A stretch of 32,000 nucleotides of DNA from an uncultured archaeon (GTDB lineage: Archaea > Iainarchaeota > Iainarchaeia > Iainarchaeales > JAAZKV01): contig CAZKBG010000001.1 of NCBI GenBank assembly GCA_964551375.1, forward strand, positions 270,001 to 302,000, written 5' to 3'. This document shows, piece by piece, positions 1-8,972 of the stretch (within the stretch, counting starts at the first letter, position 1; each line of letters begins with the position of its first letter). The notes beneath the pieces were generated by a model, which did no database searches, had not been told where the DNA came from, and saw only the letters and a program-made list of their open reading frames with translations. The position numbers and the translations under genes were made by a program.

Positions 1-683
1 GAAGAGGAACTGATTTGAGAGGGAATAAACTTTCAAGCAAAGGAAGAGCGCAGATGTACCGCTTAATCAAGTGGCACAAAAGAGCAAGTGTATCAAGCTC
101 AATGCAGAGAAACTTATCAATCGCATTAACAGAAATGAGAAGAGTAGCTTCATATCTAAATATACCGGACACTCTTGTTGAAGCAGCGGCTTTGCTTTAT
201 AGAAAAACTGTAAAGAAAGGATTAATCAGAGGAAGATTAATCGAAGCAGTTGTTGCTGCAGTACTTTACACTGTGTGCAGAACATACCACGTTCCAAGAA
301 CTCTAAACGAAATGGCTGAAGCAAGCGGACTAACTAAGAAGGAAATTGGAAGAACATACAGATTCCTTGTTAGAGAATTAAACCTTGGAGTACCACTAAC
401 AAATCCAATACACTACATCCCAAGATTCGCAAGCGAACTAAACTTGAGCGGAGAAGTTCAGGAAGAAGGAAGAAGAATCCTTGAAGAAGCAATCAAGAAA
501 GGATTAATCTCTGGAAGAGGACCAACTGGAGTAGCAGCAGCAGCTGTTTATATTGCAGGACTCTTGAAGGGAGAAAGAAGAACTCAAAAAGAAGTTGCAA
601 ATGTTGCCGGAGTTACAGAAGTAACAATCCGAAACAGATACAGAGAGTTGAAGAAGAGACTCAACATCGATGTAGCAGCATAA
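1..683 (+). CDS. tfb: Transcription initiation factor IIB (TFB), N-terminus truncated by window edge
   Basis: Two cyclin-like repeats (VVAAVLYTVCRTYHVPRTLNEMAEASGLTKKEIGRTYRFLVREL and GVAAAAVYIAGLLKGERRTQKEVANVAGVTEVTIRNRYREL). The frame stays open to the window edge (RGTDLRGNKLSSKGRAQMYRLIKWHKR), so the TTG at 15 is unlikely to be the real start. Confidence 0.95.
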   Translation, partial: RGTDLRGNKLSSKGRAQMYRLIKWHKRASVSSSMQRNLSIALTEMRRVASYLNIPDTLVEAAALLYRKTVKKGLIRGRLIEAVVAAVLYTVCRTYHVPRTLNEMAEASGLTKKEIGRTYRFLVRELNLGVPLTNPIHYIPRFASELNLSGEVQEEGRRILEEAIKKGLISGRGPTGVAAAAVYIAGLLKGERRTQKEVANVAGVTEVTIRNRYRELKKRLNIDVAA

Positions 684-704
684 TAACTACAATTAAATTG
701 GAAA

Positions 705-740
705 GGGCAGCTATGCTGCCCCATCCAACTATTTTTTATA
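705..740 (+). terminator. Candidate terminator hairpin after tfb
   Basis: Perfect 7-bp inverted repeat GGGCAGC-TAT-GCTGCCC (705-721), then a T-rich run ATTTTTTATA (731-740). Confidence 0.5.
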
Positions 741-762
741 ATTCAAACACCCTATTCTAAGC

Positions 763-1206
763 ATGGGTAAAATGCCTGTAACTACTGTTGAATGGATTCT
801 ATTTGAAGCAACCATTATTGTGATTGCGCTTGTTTTAATCGCAATTGCGCTTTCATTTAGAAAAGGAAGCTATCCAAAAATCAAAATACCAAAACTGCTT
901 CCGCGGGCAGGATTTAAATTCAAGCTTCAGCAGGTGGCAACAATACTCACGCATGATGGATTGTTTCCATCACTTACTCTTCATGAAACATACTTTGAGT
1001 ACAGACTTGTTAATGGGCACAAAGTAAAATACTCTGACATCACTGGAATTGAAACTAAAAAATATTTGCTTTACGGACACACACTTCTTCTAAAAGTCAA
1101 AGGCAAATCTTGGGGATTTTACCCAAGGGACTTGTGGCTTTCAATGGGAAGAGAGGATAACTTAAAAGAGCTTGAGAAGTTCTTTATAGAGAAAACAAAA
1201 AAATAG
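763..1206 (+). CDS. Hypothetical membrane-anchored protein, possible PH-like domain
   Basis: ORF with N-terminal hydrophobic helix (WILFEATIIVIALVLIAIALSF), then a short soluble domain of apparent beta character with a final helix. Confidence 0.7.
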   Translation: MGKMPVTTVEWILFEATIIVIALVLIAIALSFRKGSYPKIKIPKLLPRAGFKFKLQQVATILTHDGLFPSLTLHETYFEYRLVNGHKVKYSDITGIETKKYLLYGHTLLLKVKGKSWGFYPRDLWLSMGREDNLKELEKFFIEKTKK

Positions 1207-1278
1207 CTAATATGTAAAGTAGCGGCCAAATTAAAACCCTCAAAAGCTTTTTTAACAACAAAATCATATTAGTACTAT

Positions 1279-1845
1279 ATGCAGGCAGGGCTAAAAGCAA
1301 GGAGAATACTTCCAAGCTCAAAACAAAGGGTTTTTGGACTTCCTCCAAAACAAGTTCTTGAAAAATTCTCAGCAGAGTTTCCAAATCACAAAAACCAGAG
1401 GCTTTACTTAATACCAGGAGAAAAAGAATCAGCAGTAATCAAAGCTATACTTCCTTCAAAACAACTGCTTTTCAATGTAAAACACTCAAGCGGAAATCTT
1501 GAGTTCCACCCAGCAGGCGCATTTAATCACGGATTTACGCACAGAGAAGTTTTTGGAGCCCCAAGAGGAGTGGGGCTTGGAAGAGCGGCGCTTAGAACCG
1601 AACTTGCCATAGCAAGAAAAAAAGGATTAAAACACCACAATGTTAATTCACCGCACAAATCAAGCACATTAATGTTTCTAAAGGAAGGATACAAAATTGA
1701 CCCCGCGACAAACAAGCAGGCAATGGCTGCTACGGGAATTAGAACTGAAAGAGAACTTATTGAATTTTTAACAAAACAATCCACTCCTGAAGAATTAAAA
1801 CACGGCTGGAATCTTGTAAGACAGATTAACCCAAGCAAAAAGTAA
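1279..1845 (+). CDS. Hypothetical protein, possible divergent GNAT-like fold
   Basis: Intact 188-aa ORF; segment GVGLGRAALRTELAIARKKGLKHHNVNSPHKSSTLMFLKEGYKI resembles GNAT motif A/B layout. Confidence 0.6.
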   Translation: MQAGLKARRILPSSKQRVFGLPPKQVLEKFSAEFPNHKNQRLYLIPGEKESAVIKAILPSKQLLFNVKHSSGNLEFHPAGAFNHGFTHREVFGAPRGVGLGRAALRTELAIARKKGLKHHNVNSPHKSSTLMFLKEGYKIDPATNKQAMAATGIRTERELIEFLTKQSTPEELKHGWNLVRQINPSKK

Positions 1846-1916
1846 ATAATTCACAATAGTTCCAAAAATAAGCACTTTCTTCTCAATTTATATTCTTTTT
1901 CGTACAAGAGTATTAT

Positions 1917-2213
1917 ATGAAGTCGCAATTATCACAGTACTTTGACTCAACTAAAAGAAACTGCATGCTTTGCCACACTTACAGAAACTTAAAGCCAAGC
2001 GCGGATCATAGAGAAATGGCTTTAACAACAACCCAAAGGGCTTATGAAGCGCTAAAAGAAGCATTTGATGTTTTAAGAGCGGAAGATGCAAGCGTTGAAA
2101 AGCTGGAAAAAGTAAAAGCCGCAAAGGTATTATGCCTTGACGCAATTGATGCATGCGGCACCTGCGACAAGCAGAGACCAAGAATGAAAGAAATTCTAAT
2201 TGATATTAAATAA
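1917..2213 (+). CDS. Small Cys-rich helical protein, probable metal binding
   Basis: 98-aa ORF with CMLCH near the N-terminus and CGTCDKQRP near the C-terminus; TATA-like TTTATATTC upstream. Confidence 0.65.
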   Translation: MKSQLSQYFDSTKRNCMLCHTYRNLKPSADHREMALTTTQRAYEALKEAFDVLRAEDASVEKLEKVKAAKVLCLDAIDACGTCDKQRPRMKEILIDIK

Positions 2214-2307
2214 CTCCTTTTTAGCAGACTTTTTCTAATCCAAAAATAAGCATTTCATTTATAAGTTAGTTCAGACTTTTAGTTACTATCTTTAGGCAAG
2301 TGAATTT

Positions 2308-2967
2308 ATGATAATTGCAGGAATTGATGAAGCAGGAAGAGGGCCTTGCTTTGGACCCATGACTATAACCATTGCAATTGCAGAAAAAGAAAGCGAAATT
2401 GAACTCAAAAAACTTGGCGTAAAAGACTCAAAAGAACTCCTTCCAAACAAAAGAAAAGCGCTTATTGAAGGCATCAAAAACAACATTTTAGAGGAAAAAA
2501 CGCAGATAATTACCCCCATAGAAATCAATGATATGATGGCACAGCACTCTTTAAATGAAATAGAAGCCATCAGAATAGGACAACTCCTTAATGAGATAAA
2601 ACAAATCCCCCAAATTGTTTATGTAGATTCGCCTGATGCAAAAGCGGGAAGTTTTGAGAAAAGAATCCGAAAATACCTCTCAAAAGAAAGGCAGAAAATC
2701 AAAATAGTTGCCGAAAATAAAGCTGATTCTAATTATGTAATTGTCGGAGCGGCAAGCATTATTGCAAAAGTCACAAGAGATGAAGAAATTGAACAATTGA
2801 CTAAAAAATTTGGCGATTTTGGAAGCGGATACCCAAGTGATCCTAAAACAAAAAAGTTCTTGGCGGAATATGTGGAAAAAAACAAAAAGCTGCCTCCTTT
2901 TGCAAGAATTTTCTGGAGCACCTGCACTACCGCGCTTGATAAAATAGGACAGCAAAAACTTCTTTAG
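2308..2967 (+). CDS. rnhB: Ribonuclease HII
   Basis: GIDEAGRGPCFGPM, KDSKELLPNKR, YVDSPD, ADSNYVIVGAASIIAKVTRDEEI and GSGYPSDPKT motifs. Confidence 0.96.
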   Translation: MIIAGIDEAGRGPCFGPMTITIAIAEKESEIELKKLGVKDSKELLPNKRKALIEGIKNNILEEKTQIITPIEINDMMAQHSLNEIEAIRIGQLLNEIKQIPQIVYVDSPDAKAGSFEKRIRKYLSKERQKIKIVAENKADSNYVIVGAASIIAKVTRDEEIEQLTKKFGDFGSGYPSDPKTKKFLAEYVEKNKKLPPFARIFWSTCTTALDKIGQQKLL

Positions 2968-2983
2968 AACTTTCTAAATAGTG

Positions 2984-3733
2984 TTATTTTTTCTTTGCAG
3001 ATTTTTTATCTTTTGAAACAGGAGATTTAACCTTAACCGGAGCAACTGCATTTTGTTTTGATTTTTTCGCAGCGGCTTTATTTAATTTCTTTGCCTTTCT
3101 GTTATGCGATGCTATTTCACTTGCTTTAAGCAGAACATTACGCTCAACAGGTTTAGGATGTTGAACAACTGGAGCAGAAGGAGTTTCAATTGCCAATGGT
3201 TTTACTTCAACTTTAGCCTCAATAGCAGGAACTTTGGGAAGCGCTTGAGCAGCAGGAATAACAGGAGCAACTGGTTCAGCTGCTTTTTTAACTTCAACAG
3301 GAGCCAAAGATTCTGTTTTTACTTCAGCAACTGGTTTTACTGCAACAGATTTTTTCAAAACATGAGATTTAGCTGAAGGTTTTGATTTTTTTGAATTTTT
3401 TGGCACAGATTTTACTACATTAGATATTTTCTTAGCTTTTTTTGCAGATTTTGCTTTTAATTTTGCTGATTTAACTTTCTTAACCTGCTTTTTTACCTTA
3501 ACAGCAACTTTTGGAGAAGACTTTTTTGCTTTTTTCTTAACAACTTTCTTAGCATACCCTGCTCTCAATGTATCAAGCGCATCAGCATCAAATTCCATGG
3601 GATAAAAACTTGTTTTCCCGCAGGAAAGGCAGTCATAATAATGCCCAGCGTCAAAAATTCGCACGCTTAATTTTGAACTAAAGCAATCAGGACAAATTTT
3701 TACAAAATGACCTTTTATTTTGCCCATACTCAC
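2984..3733 (-). CDS. Zinc-ribbon protein with long Lys/Ala/Pro-rich histone-H1-like tail
   Basis: CPDC...CLSC ribbon in residues 1-60, then about 190 residues of KK/AK/SK and PA-rich low complexity. Confidence 0.8.
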   Translation of the reverse strand: MSMGKIKGHFVKICPDCFSSKLSVRIFDAGHYYDCLSCGKTSFYPMEFDADALDTLRAGYAKKVVKKKAKKSSPKVAVKVKKQVKKVKSAKLKAKSAKKAKKISNVVKSVPKNSKKSKPSAKSHVLKKSVAVKPVAEVKTESLAPVEVKKAAEPVAPVIPAAQALPKVPAIEAKVEVKPLAIETPSAPVVQHPKPVERNVLLKASEIASHNRKAKKLNKAAAKKSKQNAVAPVKVKSPVSKDKKSAKKK

Positions 3734-3798
3734 ACCGTTTTTTTACAGCATAACTTAAATCATATTTCCAAAATTTAATAATTATTCTATTTTAATAA

Positions 3799-4452
3799 TT
3801 ATTCCTTAACTTCCTCAACTTCAACATCTTTTACTTTTTCAATCTCTTCAACTGCAGAATTATGGCTTGTAGCTGTTTGCTCCATTATTGCATTAACTGC
3901 ATTTCCAAGCTGGGAGCGGGAATCTGTCGCGCTTGGAGCAACCGGAACCGCTTTCTTTTTTGATTTCCCAAAATCTTTTCCAAAATATTCAATAAATTTT
4001 GTAGTGGTGGTTAAAACAAAAGTTCTTCCTTTGGGCTCTTTTTTAATAAATCCCTCTTCAAGCAAAAGCTTTAGGTGGTCATATGCTTTGTTGTTCCTAT
4101 ACTGAACAACTGTGCTCTGTGAGATTGGTTGCTTGTATGCAATAAATGCAAGTGTTTTCATTACACCCCTTGAAAACATTGAATTTTGGGCAAATTGCTG
4201 AACTTCATCTTCATACTCTTCCTTAACTCTCATCTGATATCCTACAGGAAGCTCAACAATCTCAAGCGCGCTCTTTCTGGTATTATAAAAATGCATTAAT
4301 TCTCTAATAAGAGCCAGAGTTTCAACTCGGGAGTTTATTTTTGCGATATTATTTAGTTCTTCAACAGTAAGAGGCTTTGGGGACATGAAAAGCGCTGCTT
4401 CCATTATTTTTTCTTTTTCCATTCGGTTAATTGTGCCCGTAATTACTTCCAT
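3799..4452 (-). CDS. scpB: Segregation and condensation protein B (ScpB-like, kleisin-associated winged-helix protein)
   Basis: IMEAALFMSPKPLTVEEL, LPVGYQMRVKEEYEDEV, LAFIAYKQPISQSTVVQYRN and LLEEGFIKKEPKGRTFVLTTTTKFIEYFG match the ScpB double winged-helix pattern. Confidence 0.9.
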   Translation of the reverse strand: MEVITGTINRMEKEKIMEAALFMSPKPLTVEELNNIAKINSRVETLALIRELMHFYNTRKSALEIVELPVGYQMRVKEEYEDEVQQFAQNSMFSRGVMKTLAFIAYKQPISQSTVVQYRNNKAYDHLKLLLEEGFIKKEPKGRTFVLTTTTKFIEYFGKDFGKSKKKAVPVAPSATDSRSQLGNAVNAIMEQTATSHNSAVEEIEKVKDVEVEEVKE

Positions 4453-4508
4453 TCAAATCACTCTAACTTAAAGAAAAGCTGTTGGGGTATAAATAGATAT
4501 GGGGCAAA

Positions 4509-5036
4509 TTAAGGAAGTTCAGGCAGTTTTAGATAGCGCCTGATTCCTATTGTATTATCGGAGTGAGTCATTTTCTTTAAAGCCTCATCGCTTGTCGCCC
4601 AAATGACTTCCTGCCTTACTTTTTCCTCATCAGAAACAGCATCAGGAGCATCCGAGATTAATTCAAGCAAAACAGGCTGGTCTATTCTGTGCCTCCAGAC
4701 ATTTTTATTCTCCGCAAAAAAGTGGGACTCAATAACCCCGCCTAACTTCTTAACGGCTTTTGCCCTAAAGCCGGTTTCTTCAAATAATTCCCTCACCGCA
4801 GCATCTTGTGCATTTTCGCCTTCATCAATTCCGCCAATAACTGGAGCAATCCAGCCAAATTTCGGCCAATAAACAAGCAAAAACTTTCCATCGCTCTTTC
4901 TTTGAATAACGCAGGATATTGTGAATCTTTTTTCAGCTACTTTATTAGGGATTCCAAAAACGAGAACTCCGTTTTTGCTTAACTTTGAGTTATACTTAGC
5001 AACTTTAGGGACTGAAACATTATTACTAACAGCCAT
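4509..5036 (-). CDS. NUDIX hydrolase
   Basis: Complete Nudix box GGIDEGENAQDAAVRELFEETGF. Confidence 0.92.
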   Translation of the reverse strand: MAVSNNVSVPKVAKYNSKLSKNGVLVFGIPNKVAEKRFTISCVIQRKSDGKFLLVYWPKFGWIAPVIGGIDEGENAQDAAVRELFEETGFRAKAVKKLGGVIESHFFAENKNVWRHRIDQPVLLELISDAPDAVSDEEKVRQEVIWATSDEALKKMTHSDNTIGIRRYLKLPELP

Positions 5037-5078
5037 AAAAATAAATTCTCACAGCGAGCAATATCTCATTTTATTATT

Positions 5079-7736
5079 TTATTCAATTATAAGCGCAGGT
5101 TTTGCTGGGAAAGCATTCTTTGCTTTAGCTTCTTTTGAATCATCAGCTTTTATTATTTCAATAACCCCAAATTCTTTCTCAAGCATGGGCTTTGCTTCGT
5201 TTAGCACTTTCACTTCATCAAACTTCTCAAGCGATGCCCACTCACCCATTCTATTAATTGCGGTTTTTAGGAAAGGCGCAATATCAGCACCGTGTTTTTT
5301 CATTTCGCTATCAGCCATTAATGCTTTCATCGCAGCGCCAAAATCAGGCTTTTCCCCAACAGCTTTTTTAATTATCCCAAGCGCTTTCCACTTCCATTCA
5401 GGAGAAACAAATAATCTTACTTTTGAAACTTTCTCAAGCTTTGCAAGCTCTTTAATTCTAAGAATATCAAGGCGAAGGTTATCCACAACCCCGTCAATTC
5501 TTTCCAAATTCTCATCAATTAATTTTTCATCGAAAATCGGCCATGATTCTACCGAAACAAAAGTTTTGTTTCCTGTTTTGTGCCACAATTCTTCGGAAAT
5601 ATGCGGGCAAAACGGCGAAACTATTTTTAACAATAAATCAAAAGCATCTTTTGGAATCTGTTCAAGCGAATCAAGGTGATCCAAGAACTGCATTATTGAA
5701 AGAATTGCGCGAGGATAATCAAAACACTCAATAGATTTAGTCACGCTTCGCACTGCGATGTGCATTTTATTTTCTGTTCTTCTTGACATTTTTATTTTCT
5801 TTACTTTATCGCTTGCTCTGATAAATTTAGTAATCACTCTATAGGAACCCATTACTCCTTCATCGCTCCACTCCATTTGTTTGTCTGGAGAACACACAAA
5901 CATTAAGAATAATCTTGCAGTGTCAATCCCGTATTTTGTTGAAATATCAGTTTGGAAAACTACATTTCCTTTGGATTTAGACATTTTTGCGCCGTCTTTG
6001 TACAAAATTCCCTGATTGAATAATTTTTGGAAAGGCTCGTCAAAATCAACATACCCTAAATCCTTAAGCGCCTTGATGAAGAACCTTGCATAAATTAAGT
6101 GCATTACCGCGTGCTCTGCTCCGCCAATATATTGATCCACAGGCATCCAATAATTTACTCTCTTTGAATCATAAGGTTTTGATTTGTTTTTGTTATCACA
6201 ATATCTCAAGAAATACCAGCTGGAATCAACAAATCCGCCCATGGTATCAGTTTCTCTTTTTGCAGCGCCGCCGCACTTAGGGCATTTTGTGTTAATGAAC
6301 TCAACGCAAGAGGCAAGCGGATTTCCATTCGCTGAATAATTTACATTCTTTGGAAGAGTTACAGGCAAATCCTTATCCGGAACAGCAACTTCGCCACATT
6401 TTGGGCAGTGAATTATTGGAATTGGAGTTCCCCAATATCTTTGCCTTGAAATTAGCCAATCTCTAATGCTGTAATTAACAATTTTACTTCCAAACCCTTT
6501 CTCTTCAAGCCAATTCGCCATTTTAGGAAGCGCTTCCTTATTTTTCATTCCTGAAAATTTCCCTGAATCAAAAAGAACGCCGTCATCAACAAAAGCATCT
6601 TTGAAATCTTTTGGATTAATTGACTTTCCGTCAGAGCTTATTACAAACTTTAGAGGAATATTGTACTTTTTAGCAAATCTAAAATCTCTCTTGTCATGCG
6701 CATCGCACATCACTACGCCAGTCCCATACATCAGCGCAAAATTAGCAACATAAATTGGAATCTTCTCATCATTTACAGGATTTATTGCATATCTTCCAGT
6801 GAAAACCCCTTCTTTTTCTTTTTCTTCATTAATCCTGTCCTCAACTTTTTCTTTAGCAACTTTTTTAACAAACTCTTTCACTTCTTTTTCCTGCGGTGTT
6901 CCTTTTACTAACTCATCAACAAGAGGACTTTCAGGAGCAACTGCAACAAAAGTAACTGAATAAATTGTGTCGCACCTTGTAGTAAATGCTGGAAGCGGCG
7001 CGTTGTTGTGAGCAAGCTTAAAATTAATATTTACTCCCTCGCTTCTTCCAACCCAGTTCTTCTGCATCACTTTAATCTTTTCAGGCCACTCTACTTTATC
7101 CAAATCTTCAACCAATCTGTCAGCATATGCTGTAATTTTAAAGAACCACTGGGCCAAATCTTTTTTTGTCACTTCATTATCGCATCTCCAGCACTTGCCG
7201 TTTTCAGCCTCTTCATTTGCAAGAACTGATTGGCAATTCTCGCACCAATTAACTGGCGCTTTTTTTCTATAAGCTAAGCCTTTTTCAAATAATTTAATAA
7301 AAAAGAACTGATTCCACCTATAATATTCAGGCTCATGGCTTGAAAGCGTTCTGTCCCAGTCATAGCTGTTTCCAAGCGCTTTTTGATACTCCATTATTTT
7401 CTTAATCGCGCCTTCTGTATAATCAAGCGGAGGAGTCCCTGCTTTTTTTGCAGCAGTTTCCGCAGGAAGCCCGAAAGAATCATAACCCATTGGATAAAGA
7501 ACATTAAAATTATTCATTCGCTTAAATCTCGCAAAAATATCCCCAATAGTGTAGCATCTTACATGCCCCATGTGGAGAAAGCTTGCGCTCGGATAAGGGT
7601 ACATTTCAAGAACATAGCACTTTTCTTTCTTTGAATCTTCTTTCGCAGTGAAAATCTTCTCTTTTTCCCACGCGCTCTGCCACTTCTTTTCAACAGCAAG
7701 GAAATCAAACTTATCTGAATTAACTTCAGCAGCCAT
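5079..7736 (-). CDS. leuS: Leucyl-tRNA synthetase, bacterial-type architecture
   Basis: MYPYPSASFLHMGHVRCYTIGDI, NWCENCQSVLANEEAENGKCWRCDNEV, FTTRCDTIYSVTFVAVAPESPLVDEL, WMPVDQYIGGAEHAVMHLIYARFF and KMSKSKGNVV; about 885 aa. Confidence 0.97.
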   Translation of the reverse strand: MAAEVNSDKFDFLAVEKKWQSAWEKEKIFTAKEDSKKEKCYVLEMYPYPSASFLHMGHVRCYTIGDIFARFKRMNNFNVLYPMGYDSFGLPAETAAKKAGTPPLDYTEGAIKKIMEYQKALGNSYDWDRTLSSHEPEYYRWNQFFFIKLFEKGLAYRKKAPVNWCENCQSVLANEEAENGKCWRCDNEVTKKDLAQWFFKITAYADRLVEDLDKVEWPEKIKVMQKNWVGRSEGVNINFKLAHNNAPLPAFTTRCDTIYSVTFVAVAPESPLVDELVKGTPQEKEVKEFVKKVAKEKVEDRINEEKEKEGVFTGRYAINPVNDEKIPIYVANFALMYGTGVVMCDAHDKRDFRFAKKYNIPLKFVISSDGKSINPKDFKDAFVDDGVLFDSGKFSGMKNKEALPKMANWLEEKGFGSKIVNYSIRDWLISRQRYWGTPIPIIHCPKCGEVAVPDKDLPVTLPKNVNYSANGNPLASCVEFINTKCPKCGGAAKRETDTMGGFVDSSWYFLRYCDNKNKSKPYDSKRVNYWMPVDQYIGGAEHAVMHLIYARFFIKALKDLGYVDFDEPFQKLFNQGILYKDGAKMSKSKGNVVFQTDISTKYGIDTARLFLMFVCSPDKQMEWSDEGVMGSYRVITKFIRASDKVKKIKMSRRTENKMHIAVRSVTKSIECFDYPRAILSIMQFLDHLDSLEQIPKDAFDLLLKIVSPFCPHISEELWHKTGNKTFVSVESWPIFDEKLIDENLERIDGVVDNLRLDILRIKELAKLEKVSKVRLFVSPEWKWKALGIIKKAVGEKPDFGAAMKALMADSEMKKHGADIAPFLKTAINRMGEWASLEKFDEVKVLNEAKPMLEKEFGVIEIIKADDSKEAKAKNAFPAKPALIIE

Positions 7737-7802
7737 ACTTAAATGGATTTTAGGTAGCCTTTTTAAAACAAGTTTTTAGGGTTTTTAGGGCCAAAGAAAC
7801 GA

Positions 7803-7810
7803 TTATATAC
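7803..7810 (+). promoter_or_regulatory. TATA box of near-leaderless membrane-protein gene
   Basis: GATTATATAC about 25-30 nt upstream of ATG at 7832. Confidence 0.5.
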
Positions 7811-7831
7811 TAATTTTTCCTCTCTTTTGCG

Positions 7832-8947
7832 ATGGATAGCAAAATGATTTTTATCCTGCCGGGAGTAATCCTTTCAATTCTTGTGGCGGTTTTTGTCGCT
7901 CTTGGAGCGTACTTTTTCTCGCTTGCGCACATCACAGTCAAAATGTTTCTGACAATTAACGCTTTTCCCTTGATTAATTCAATTCTTACGATGAACTTTC
8001 TGCTTTTCTTAATCTGCGCGGCGGTTTCAATCGCAATGATGCTTGTTATCGGAAGAAGATACTCTTTCACAGGCGCGCTTGCTTTGACAATAATCCCTTA
8101 TTTTGTTGGAGCGGCAATTGGAACATTCTTTTTTGGATTAAATGAATTCTTTATTCCTATCGCTGGAATAATAATTGGACTTCCTGTCGGAATAAAATTC
8201 CTTGCTGAAAAAGAAGATGAATTAAGATACTTAAAACGCCCAAGAGCCGGAGGAAGCGCCGCGGGAAGAATTATTACAATAGCATCGCTTATTTTTGCAT
8301 TATTTCTGCTTCTTCAAACACTTCCCCAAAAAGAGGCTTTGAGAGAAGAATTTGTGCCAGAACTTTTAATGATGACAATCGGAGACAAAGACCTTACCAT
8401 GGGGGATTCATTTAGACTCCAGCTTGCGGAGTCAATAGCAGCCCAGCAAGTTTCAACAATTGATTTAATGCTAAATCAAACGCCTTTGAAAAATTTATCC
8501 GCAAAAAATGACCAGGACGCTCAGGACTTAATTTCTTCGCTTAATGCAACAAAACTTAACTTTGAGGGAGACGCATTCAAAAAAGATGTTGCGGATAAGC
8601 TTCAGTCGCAGGACCTTGATCTTGGGAAAGAATTGTTAAACAAATTCCCAATGATTGAACTTGTGTCAAGATTTGCCTGGCTGATGTACCCATTTACCGC
8701 GCTTGTGACTTTAATGTTCATTGGAGGACTTATCACAAGAAACCTTGCGGCGCTCTTTTATGGAGTGCTTGAAATTTACATCCGCCCAGTAGGCGAAAAA
8801 GCGCCGTCATCAAGCTCAAATAAAATAGAGTTTACCGTTGAGGAAAAACCAGCGCAAACAGCCCCCGCTGTGAACGAACCAGAAACACCCGCATCTGAAG
8901 CAAAAACACAGAATGAGGCTCAAACCGAACAAAACAATAACAAATAA
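7832..8947 (+). CDS. Polytopic membrane protein, Yip1-like
   Basis: Multiple TM helices and YSFTGALALTIIPYFVGAAIG-type segment, with a charged Pro/Glu-rich C-terminal tail. Confidence 0.7.
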   Translation: MDSKMIFILPGVILSILVAVFVALGAYFFSLAHITVKMFLTINAFPLINSILTMNFLLFLICAAVSIAMMLVIGRRYSFTGALALTIIPYFVGAAIGTFFFGLNEFFIPIAGIIIGLPVGIKFLAEKEDELRYLKRPRAGGSAAGRIITIASLIFALFLLLQTLPQKEALREEFVPELLMMTIGDKDLTMGDSFRLQLAESIAAQQVSTIDLMLNQTPLKNLSAKNDQDAQDLISSLNATKLNFEGDAFKKDVADKLQSQDLDLGKELLNKFPMIELVSRFAWLMYPFTALVTLMFIGGLITRNLAALFYGVLEIYIRPVGEKAPSSSSNKIEFTVEEKPAQTAPAVNEPETPASEAKTQNEAQTEQNNNK

Positions 8948-8972
8948 AAACAAAAACAAGCGCATTGTATTA

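Noticed and set aside
1917-2213. CMLCH looks like a c-type heme binding motif.
   Set aside because: No signal peptide or TM helix, and a paired CxxC near the C-terminus fits zinc or structural metal binding better.
5543-7634. Several plus-strand ORFs (5543, 6086, 6696, 7008, 7383) opposite leuS.
   Set aside because: They are antisense to a continuous well-conserved LeuRS reading frame and have Phe/Ser-rich out-of-frame composition.
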